Assembly (NCBI GenBank): GCA_973895155.1
Contig: OZ316895.1
Span: 2,095,659-2,159,658 of the forward strand
Length of the DNA: 64,000 nt
Direction of reading: 5' to 3'
Origin: Marsupella aquatica
Taxonomy: Eukaryota > Plantae > Marchantiophyta
Shown: piece after piece, positions 12,843-23,000 of the stretch
Position numbering within the stretch: the stretch's first letter is position 1
Layout: each line of letters begins with the position of its first letter
Program-made: the position numbers and the translations under genes
The notes under the pieces: model-generated
Seen by the model: only the letters and a program-made list of their open reading frames with translations
Told to the model about the DNA's origin: nothing
Database searches by the model: none

Positions 12843-13788
12843 CTCTGCTCCAATTGCAAAGGGAGTCTCAAAGCTTCATTGATGGACCTTAAGTTAGTAA
12901 TCAAGAAATTTGATGGACCTTAAGTTAATTAGTAATTAAGGAATTTGATATTTGATGTACCTGAAATTAGTACTTAGGTTATGCTCTAATAATTGCAGAG
13001 TCTCCAAGCTTCAAATTTGATGGACCTTAAGTTAGTACTTAAGGTTATGGTCTAATAAGTGCAATCAACAGGGAGTCAGACTGCTCCAATTGAAGGGACT
13101 GCTCCAATTGCGAAGGGAGTCTCAAAGCTTCAAATTTGATGACCTTAAGTTAGTAATTAAGGTTATGCTCTAATTGCAATCAACAGGGAGTTAGTAGTTA
13201 AGTTTATGCTCTAATAGCAATCAATAGGGAGTCCTACTGCTCCAATTGCAAAGGGATTCTCAAAAAGATTCAAATTTGATGAACCTTGAGTACTAACTTA
13301 CTCAAGGTTATGCTCTAATTGCATAGGGAGTCAGACTGCTCCAAACTGCAAAGGGAGTCTCAAAGCTAAATTTTGTCTAATTGCAATCAATAGGGAATCC
13401 GACTGCTCCAATTGCAAGGGGAGTATCAAAGCTTCAAATTTGATGGACTTTCAATTAGTAGTTAAGGTTAAGCTCTAATTGCAATCAATAGGACTGCTCC
13501 AATTGCAAGGGGAGTCTAAATTTGATGTACCTTAAATTAGTACTTAAGGTTATGCTCTAATTGCAATCAATGATGGACTTTCAATTAGTAGTTAAGGTTA
13601 TGCTCTAATTGCAATCAATAGGACTACTCCAATTGCAAGGGGAGTCTAAATTTGATGGACCTTAAATTAGTACTTAAGGTTATGCTCTAATTGCAATCAA
13701 CAGGGGGTCCGACTGCTCCAATGGCAAAGGGAGTATCAAAGCTTCAAAATTGAAGGACCTCCAGTTAGTATTTATCTTTATGCTCCAA
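12843..13788 (+). repeat. Tandem satellite, ~98-bp unit with many truncated variants, upstream of QCR9
   Basis: Repeats of gactgctccaattgcaaagggagtctcaaagcttcaaatttgatggaccttaagttagtaattaaggttatgctctaattgcaatcaacagggagtca. Confidence 0.9.
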
Positions 13789-14773
13789 CTAGCTCAATAC
13801 CCGTGCGTTGCACAAAAGATGTCGTGACGGCCAAGATGTCGTTCCTGATGTCATTGAGAACAAAAGACGTTCTGTCGGCCAAGAGGTTGTTGAGAAGAAA
13901 GATGTCGTGTTGGCCAAGAGGTTGTTGAGAAGAAAGATGTCGTGTCGGCCAAGAGGTCGTTGAGAAGAAAGATGTTGTGTCGCCCAAGATGTGAGAACAA
14001 AAGATGTCGTGTCGGCCAAGAGGTCGTTGAGAAGGAAAATGTTGTGTCGGCCAAGAAGTCGTTGAGAACAACAGATGTCATGTCTCCCATTCAAGATGTT
14101 ATAAAGAAAAAAAGATGTCATTAAGAAAAACAAATGTTGTGTCGCCCAAGATGTTGTTGTTTAAGAAAAAAGATGTGGTGTCACCCAAGATGCCGTTAAG
14201 AAAAAAAGATGTGGTGTCGCCCAAGATGTTCTTAAGAAAAAATCTCGCGCAAAAAGGGCGCAAAAAATGAGTAACAACAACCACAAAGTATCACCAGTCA
14301 AGAATGATTTTTGTCTTTGTATTTTTCATTTTGTAATTCCTTGAAAACCTTTAACTCTCCCCCCCCCCCCCCCCCCCCCCCCTTAGGCCTTTTGTACTAT
14401 TTTTGGTTTGATCTTTTCTATTACATTATTTATTATTTGTAATCATTTAAACTCCTCCTAGGACATAGATTACCATGGGGTACAATGTCTAGGCATGGAG
14501 AATACTATTTCTATGCATGGGGCTTAGTATGCATGGAGAATACTATACATAGATGGTCCATAAAATACTTAATTATTGTGTATTGGCATTCCGTGACATT
14601 CCCAATTCCCCTTTAGTTCTTGCTTGGAAAAAGTGTCACTCTTTATTTCACATTCAATATAATTCAATTTTGTTTTATTCCTTCTCTTGGTCAGATTTTT
14701 TAATTTTTGTGCCCTGCAAATTTGAATGACGACCACTCTAAAAAGTGGCGCAACTGTGTATTATAGGAGTTAA
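13789..14773 (-). mobile_element. Non-autonomous Helitron-like element 1 with internal ~35-bp tandem repeats
   Basis: Minus-strand 3' end gtgcaacgcacgggtattgagCTAG|T (short hairpin plus CTAG). 5' end is homologous to that of element 2 but reads TT instead of TC. No TSD. Removing it restores the satellite (gctccaa|ttgcaatc). Internal unit aaagatgtcgtgtcggccaagaggtcgttgagaag. Confidence 0.72.
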
Positions 14774-15275
14774 TTGCAATCAATAGGGCATCTCAAAGCT
14801 TCAATTTTATTATGGACTTTAACTCTTTAAGTTAGTGCTTAAGGTTATGATCCACTTGCAATCAGTAGGGCAAAGCTTCAAATTTGATGGACTTAAGTTA
14901 GTACTTTAAGGTTAGGGATAGAAAAAAGCCTCAAATTTGATGGCAAAGTTAGTACTGAAGGTTAGGGACAGAAGAAAGCTTCAAATTTGATGGATAAGTT
15001 AGTTAGTACTTTAAGGTTAGGGGCAGGAAAAAGCTTCAAATTTGAGGAAGCTTAAGTTAGTACTAAAGATTAGGAACAGAAAAAGTTATGGACGACCAAA
15101 TCAATAACTTTTCCCACAAAGATTGATCATATGCCATGACCATATGTCAATCTAGAGGCTAGTGGAAAAAAGGACAAAAATTAAATTTACATATCCTTGT
15201 CAAAAACTTATGGCCATTTGTTTACGGCCAAAAGCCATCATTAGCAGCTTTAGAGCTTTGAGACTCTTTGATAAT
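14774..15275 (+). repeat. Continuation of the satellite (~55-60-bp variant units) running into MITE-like copy 3 and its right inverted end
   Basis: Units aaagcttcaaatttgatgg..aagttagtact..aaggttaggg, then a body similar to 2100-2400, ending gagctttgagactc (reverse complement of gagtctcaaagct). Confidence 0.65.
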
Positions 15276-16209
15276 TGTGAAATGTGGGCAATGCTCCCTT
15301 CTTAACCTTGAGTTACATTAGGCAAAAGGGTTGGAAAGTTTTTCTCCAATGGAGATATAACCTACAAGGCATCACTGGTTTCTGTACTGGTGCATATATC
15401 CTGGTGAGTCTAACCTTGTCATGCAATAGAGAACGAATGACAGAATAAAAATTTCATCAAATACATGATAAGCTATCATAGTAAAACCTAGCATATCAAA
15501 TGAAAATCATGGACTTACAATAATTAAAGGGGTTAGAAAAATTGCTAAATTCAAACCAATACAAAGTGAAATGATAGACTAGGCCAGAATTAAAAGAAAA
15601 TTCAGAACTTATTCTTCTAATAAGACAATATAGGGTAGAAGGTGTGCGCCATATAGCAGCTTCTACAATCTACCATTGCAATAAGAAAAGGAAGATGAGA
15701 AGATTCCACTCATATATCCTTGGAGCTTTTAGCTAGTGGGATCCAGAATGGGATGAGTTCATCATTGGCTCACAAGAATAACCAAGAAACTATGGTGAAG
15801 GTTGCTTTTGATGATTGAGCATGTTGTAGATTGATTAACCATAATTTGTTACACTGTGCACTTGAGGGCATTCTTTCCCACTTTGGAGGACCTGAGAGCC
15901 ATTTCTATGACTATGATAACACTTGAGCCATAAAAATTCACCACCATTACCCTCTAGCCCTACTTTCATTGACACACAAACCCAGAGAGGGTCCTTTGCT
16001 ATTGATGATGATTATTATTTGTTGAACCTATGATGGAAGAAAATGACAAGTTCAGAGGCAATGAAGGCCTAATTAACTTGAGTATGCAGTATTGGGATTT
16101 CATTTTGAGACATGTGATAATGTAGTAAATATCAAACTTAGAGAGAGGACTACCTACTCAGCTTCAAACTTAATTATTTAGCTCAGTTATATTGGCATGA
16201 TGGCTATTT

Positions 16210-16570
16210 TGTAATTTAAGTATTGAGCCTCTTAGTCTTGTGACTCATAGGTTACGGCAACTAGACTAACCATGCATAGTTAGGGACTTAGCTAAGGTTA
16301 GGTTAGTTGTGTGTGACTTTGCATATACCAGGGCTAGTGTAAGCCACTGGTGTATGGTCCTTGCTCATTGTAACGAAGCCACTTGAAAGAGGGAGGGAGC
16401 TCTTGGTTTGTTGAGACTCCATACTATTAATAGGTCTAGAACTCTTAAGAAAAGTTTTCGTGTTCTTGTAGGTGTAGCCTTGGCGAATAGGTGAACCACA
16501 TATATTGATTGTATCGACTACGTGTGAATGAGATGATTCTTGATCTTAATGTCAAGAAGGATATCATAGT
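16210..16570 (+). mobile_element. Degenerate LTR related to the LTRs of the 40971-43379 copia
   Basis: Collinear shared blocks tagtcttgtgactcat, acttagctaa, ccagggct, gctcattgt, gtagcct..ggtgaaccacatat. Followed by an eroded PBS-like ggatatcatagt. Confidence 0.6.
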
Positions 16571-17253
16571 TGTTTAACATGTTTGCTATCATCGGAAACT
16601 GAGGAGAGAGCACACCAGCTGGTAGCTGAACTGATGTTTGAACCAATGGTTACTGATAAGACTAAGTTGCTTGCTTCTACAATGTTACTTGAACATATGA
16701 AGATACCTAAGGTTGAAGACCATGAAGAACTAACTAGGAAACTAGATAGAGGTGATGCAAGAGAACAAGGAGAGCTCATAAGTGCCCTATCTTTGAAGTA
16801 CCATCCCCACAATATAGTTAATTTTTAGAGTATCAACCACTTTCTTGACTACGTGATGATTCTAGAGAACCCCAAGGCTGATTTATTAGTGCCTCCATCT
16901 CATACATCTCTTGTACATAATTTGAATTCACCAGATCCTGCCGAATCTATGGGAGATATTACTCTAGTCAAAGATAATGTTAATGTCCACACTGAGATTG
17001 ACAAGGATGGTTTAACTCAATTCAACTCTGTCAACAAATGTGCATGTTGATTGAGATAGAAAAGTAATCTATCAACTCACTAATTTATTACAGTGTGATA
17101 TAGAGGAAATAGGTGTAGAAACTGATTGTATAATCTTTCAAAACCATGAAAACAGTACGGTCTCTAATTTTTATCAATCCATCCTTAATTGTTCCTAGCC
17201 GGAACAAATAATTACCAAGTTTGAAGAAGTTAAATTATACTTTATGTTCTCTA

Positions 17254-18612
17254 CTAGCTCAATACCCGTGCGTTGCACAAAAGAAGTCGTGTCGGCCAAG
17301 ATGTTGTTGAGAAAAAAAGATGTCATGTCGGCCAAGAGGTCGTTGAGAGAAAATACGTTGTGTCGGCCAAGAGGTCGTGGAGAGAAAAGATGTTGTGTTG
17401 GCCAAGACATTGTTGAGGGAAAATACCCGTGCGTTGCACAAAAGATGCCATGTCGCCCAAGATGTTGTTATGTGAAAGATGTCATGGAATAAAAAGATGT
17501 TGTTAAAAAACAAGAAGTCATTTTGCCAAAGATGCCATTATGTGAAATATGTTGTTAAGAAAAATGTGTCTTTTGCCAAAGATATCGTGAAGTAAAAGAT
17601 GTTATAAGAAAAAAGGTGTCGTTTCATCCAAGTTGTCGTTAGGTGAAAGATGTTTTGAAATAAAAAGTCAAAGAGAGAAGGAGCAAGTCTTTTTCATTGT
17701 TTTTCTTTTTTTACCCAAAATGCCCTTGCATTTGAATGACAATCACTCTATAAATTGGCACAACGTTATATTATCGGTTTCAGGTCTAGGGTTTGGCAAA
17801 GATGACCATTATGTTGGTATCCTTTCAATCCCCGTGCGTTGCATAAAAGATGTTGTTTGGTTAAAGACAACCACAAAAGTATAACAAAATGAGAGGAGTT
17901 TTTTTTTCCTTGTTCTTCCTTTTTTTCTCTTATGTTCCTTTTAAACCTTAACCTCCCCATTTTCCCCATTTTCCTATTTTTGGTCTTAGTTCTCTTTTTC
18001 ACATCCACCATCACTCCACTCGTTCGCCACCCCCCTCCCCACCCATGTGAGGTCGAGGGGCTACCCTACATTGCGAGTGTGCCCCTCGCCCGAGACCTTG
18101 CCATCAACACCCATGCCATGCGCTTCACTATGTCTTTGGACCTTATTCTTTTTGTTTTTTGGTATTGAAAATGACATTGCAAATGACCGTAAAAATCACC
18201 CCAAATATTGGGAGAGTAGTTTTTTATTGATCTAATGACTAAAATATTATTAGCAATTAAACTACTTACCAGTATTACAAAAAATTATGATGCACACAAT
18301 ATTGAATATGTACAATACAAAGTTGCATGTGAGTATGTACAATACTTACTTGCATGGATGTATTCTCCTTCATCCTCGTGCGTTGATTATTCTGCATTGT
18401 ATTAAAGTTTTTCACTTTTTTTGGTGTCTGGTGTGATTATTCTTGCTTGTCTTGGGCACTGTGCAATTTTTTTATGACTCACACTAACTTACCTCAATTC
18501 ACATTTTGGCTTTATTGCTTACCTTTGACCAGATTGTTTAAATTTTTGTGCCCTACAAATTTGAATGACTACCACTCTAAAAAGTGACGCAACTGTGTAT
18601 TATAGTTCTTGA
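17254..18612 (-). mobile_element. Non-autonomous Helitron-like element 2, apparently a head-to-tail composite
   Basis: Minus strand reads A|TCaagaactataatacacagttgc...gtgcaacgcacgggtattgagCTAG|T. Same 35-bp repeats as element 1. Extra internal copies of the 3' hairpin (~17421, ~17828) and of the 5' subterminal motif (~17715-17775). Confidence 0.72.
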
Positions 18613-19349
18613 TTGCAAACTACAAAATATGTCACGTATATTCTTGAACATACTTAGAGTCATCTGAGACAATTGAGTATGATGTTTCTTTGAACAAAGT
18701 AATGTAAACAAACATGTGATAGAATGGCCCTAGGTGGCCATCAGGCATTCAGAGGGCACAAGGTTGTGATCGGGGTTGTAATATATAGTGATTGTTCTTA
18801 GAGTAACTAGAAAGTATTAAAAAAATAAAAATATCAAAGCTTACCCAAATTTTCTGGAGCCATTTCGAGAAATATCCAAAATGTTTGGGTTCACTTTTGA
18901 GAAAGACGAATGATTGAGCAACTGAGAATAGACTAAGTCTATACTAGGAAAAAAGAAAGTACATTGCAAACACTAGCACATACACCATTCCACCTTATTA
19001 GTTTTGTTGAGGCTTCACAGGCTGCATATCAAGTTTTGCAAAAGCCAGAGAATGCTCATCATTGTATTAAAGACTTTACAAAGCCATAACAGAGCACATA
19101 GATTATACCACCTTTTACTGGATTCCACGCAAAAAGCTAGGTACCATCATTTTGGACATACATAGTAGCAACACTAACGTTATGCTTGTCCACTTTGGGG
19201 GGTGAATCCTTAAAAATCCCAAGTAGGCAAGGTGCGCCTTCTCTTATGGTTGGGATGGAGCCCAATTCTCAGTTTGTTTCATACAATTGAGGTATGATCT
19301 TAATTGTGGGAGTACAGTAATCAGCAATTAAAAAAAGAGCTCCTTGCAT

Positions 19350-19890
19350 ATCATCCAGTACCCCATAGTACTCCAAATATTATAGAGTACACAAGACTAA
19401 TGTAGATTACCAAATTGTACCCAAAATGCCCCATAGCACCCTAGAGTACCCCAAAGTACTCTAGATTATCAAAGGGTAGCCAAAACATCTCTGAATATCT
19501 AAAGTATGAATCTTTTAGTACCCCAAATGTCATAAAATAACCCACATTACTCTACTTTACCAAAGGGTAGCCAAAATGTCTCTGAATATTTAGAGTGTCT
19601 CAGAGTACCCAAATATCATAAACTATCCCGTGATACTCTACTTTACCAAACGGTACCCAAAATGTCCCCTACTATTATTGAGTAATCTCTAGCACCCCAC
19701 ATATCATAGAGTACCTGAGAGGACTATAGATTACCGAAGGGTACCCAAAATGCCCCTAACATCATAGATTACCCCATAGTACCCCGGAGTACCCCAAATA
19801 TCATAGAGTACCCAAGATACTGTCTAGATTATCAAAGGGTACCCAAAATGTCACCAAATATCATAGAGTATCCTATTACCCATAGTACCC
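19350..19890. repeat. Degenerate tandem repeat, ~90-bp period, built from gggtacccaaaatg / atatcatagagtaccc modules
   Basis: ggta(c/g)ccaaaa recurs near 19474, 19564, 19652, 19740 and 19838. Confidence 0.7.
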
Positions 19891-20001
19891 AGCTTAAGTC
19901 CGCAAACTGTCCATAAGCAAATGCTATCCAAAAATGTTCTTGGCATCTCAGATGAAGGTTCATTGGTTGAGGAAAGGAAAAACTCACAAGAATTACAAAA
20001 C

Positions 20002-23000
20002 TGTTATACTCTACCTATAACTAGAGTCACATAAACCATGGTTATCTTAACCCAGACAACTCCATGTATATATACCACATTCATTGAGTAAACAGATGAT
20101 GGAATCATTATCACATTTCTATTCCACAACACGTTATCAGCACGAAAGCTTAACGAGCGGAGGGCAGAGAATCGAGAATGATAAGAAACTTTTGAAGGGT
20201 TATGGAGATTGCACGAAAAAAGGGAGCAATGACTTATTAACTAATGATAAGGCTTCGACTTGGCCTCGGAACGATTGTCAATGGCAATAGGGATACTCAA
20301 AGCCAATTTTTTGTAATTAGATAGATACTCACAACAAGATTGGAAACGAAGTGTGAGACTGAGAGAATTCACAAGGACAACGATCCAAAATCATCGAAGC
20401 ATAGAGAATCAAAGAGCGAAGTCGAGCAGGCCCACAGCATGAATCGATAAGAAGAAGAAAGCGAACCAAAGGAAGAAGGAATAGAATTTTTCGAAAACCG
20501 AAAGGAGCCCGGAAAACTTCGATCTGGCCTCACGGCGATCAGACAAGAAGAAGAAAGAACAAGACCATGGAAGAGATCGAATTTTTTTTTGGAATGCTGA
20601 ACAGAAGACAAAAGATTGAACAATAGGCCATGCTTGATGCTTCGCATTCCTGCTCAACTGCCCGGAGTTCCAAGTCTCAAGCAGCATCAGCGATAGCGAT
20701 GACCTTTTTCACCCCATGATCTGATCTCTGATTCGTCACCTCCCGATTCAACATCCGAAAACGAGAAAAGAATGCGTGACTGAAGAGAATGAAGAAATGC
20801 AAAGCGAAAGTGTCCGATGCCTTGCTGACTGAATTTTAGAAAGAGAAAAGACGATCGGAATCGAGAGGATAGGGGCGATGAATGCCCGAGGAATCAAGTG
20901 CGAGGCCTAAGACATCTCAGAAATTTGAAGGAGATCGGGAACGAAGAGGCCACCCACTAATTGCAAAGATTCAACAGGCCTCAGAACGATCGGACACACA
21001 CCTAAAGAAGAGCTCCTCAAAGCGATCGATCAAGAGAAAAGATCGAACAGAGAGGGAAGAAAAGCGAAAGGGTTCGAAGCTGGTGACTGAATCGAGAGAT
21101 GACTCTTGAATCGAAAGCAATCAAGCGGAGAAATGAACGAGTGCCGAGGGCAGAGAAAGAAAAGAATCCATATGGACACCGACTAGGCCTCATCGAGAAG
21201 GATTGAGAGGAACAACAACGATTGAAACCAAGAAGGGAGCAGCCCAAGAGAGGAGGTCGCGAGCACACACAAGGAAAGCGCAACATCAAAGACCAAAACA
21301 TCGAGGAAATGTCGAAGAAAACTTAAACCCGCTAAGTGCACGCTCCATAACCGCTAAACCTCTTTAATTGCAAACTCCAACAAAGCTTTCCAGATCCCCG
21401 TGTATTTATGTGCACTTAACGACTTAACTGCAACATTGCATAACTGCACAAGGAATACAAAGAAAACCTAAAATACAAAGGATAGCGTGCACTTATCCAA
21501 ATACAAAGGAATCCAACAAGATAAGTGCAAACCACAGATTAAAACAAAAACCTAATAATCCTCTCACACCTAGCATTTGACCTAGACAACTTTGCATTCA
21601 ATTGCTCAACCCTATCCTACCATTGTATGCGGCAACATGTGCATAGTCTTTTGAATACTTATACTATAAATATAGCGAACACGACTGCTACACCTAGGAC
21701 ACTCCGAGATGGCGAATTTAGAAAAGTTGCAATTTCCCGCTTTAGAATTAGAAGGTAGTAACTGCCTTGCCTGGTCTTTAGATATAAAGACCCATCTTAA
21801 AGCCAAATCCCTCTCACGCGCCATAGAAGCCCACATGCCAGAAGCAGAAGAGGCCCAGGCATTAGTCTTTATCCGACGTCATTTACACCAATTCCTCCAA
21901 ATGCAATATTTGCATTTGAGCTCACCCCGAGAGCTATGGCTGGCTATCCAGACGAGGTACGACCACCAGAAACTGGTGGCGCTACCTCGCGCCAGACAAG
22001 ACTGGATGAACCTTAGAGTTCAGGACTTCACTTCCGTCTCAGCCTATAACAACGAGCTATTTAGGATAACCTCTACGCTCACCCTATGCGGCGAGACAAC
22101 ATCCGACGATGACCTACTGGAAAAGACCTTATCTACCTTTCACTCCACAAACCTAATACTTGCGACTCAGTATCGCAACATGAAGTTTACCCAATACTCA
22201 GAACTCCTATCACACCTTTTGGTTGCTGAACAACAACAACAATTATTGCTCATCAACTCAAAGAAGCGACCAGCTGGAACATTAGCACCCACACAGTTAA
22301 CAGAAGCACATGCCATAGAAAATGGCGAAGCTTCCACTTCAAGCCAACAAAACCCTAAAACAACTAAACAAAGTAAAGGGAGAAGACATAACAATAACTC
22401 CAACAGGGGGAGTTACTTTAACCATAGAAACCAAAGAAACTTTAAAAATCGTCCATTCAATGGACGTAAGCAACAGCGTTTCCGCGGCGGCGGATATAAT
22501 AGAAACCGCAAAAGCGGAAACTATAGGCAAAACAACCAATCAAGGAGATTCCAACGCTCAACTACGAAAGTATGCCACCAATGTGGCATGAACAACCACC
22601 TTGCCCGTGAATGTAGAATCCCAAAACATCTTAGGGAACTATATCAGCGTTCCTTGAAGGAAAAGAAACAAGAAAGCACACCACGTGAGACCCATGGAAC
22701 CTTCATGGAATCTCACGACCCATTTCAGGACTTTGGCCCAAATCCTGAAACACACCTAGTTGCATCTACGTCTACAACAATAGACCTAAATAGCCCAAGC
22801 ACATGCATTATTGATAGCGGTACAACACACTCTATCCTACGGGATAGAAAGCTATTTCATAGAATCACACCCTCTAATCGCTCAATCATGACAATAAATG
22901 GTTCTAACCAGATAGAAGAGGGCTATGGCCCAGCTTCCTTGAGGTTACCTCAAGGCACGGAAATACATATAGAATCAGCTATATATGCACCTCAAGCAAC

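Noticed and set aside
13815-14240. ~35-bp repeats superficially like a CRISPR array (also 17280-17650)
   Set aside because: Units are directly adjacent and degenerate with no unique spacers, there are no cas genes, and the context is eukaryotic and inside Helitron-like ends.
13778-14284. Overlapping repetitive ORFs in the ORF track
   Set aside because: Translation artefacts of the minisatellite.
14358-14382. Long poly-C runs (also 57705-57730) as G-quadruplex elements
   Set aside because: Simple homopolymers of unreliable assembled length; no supporting evidence.
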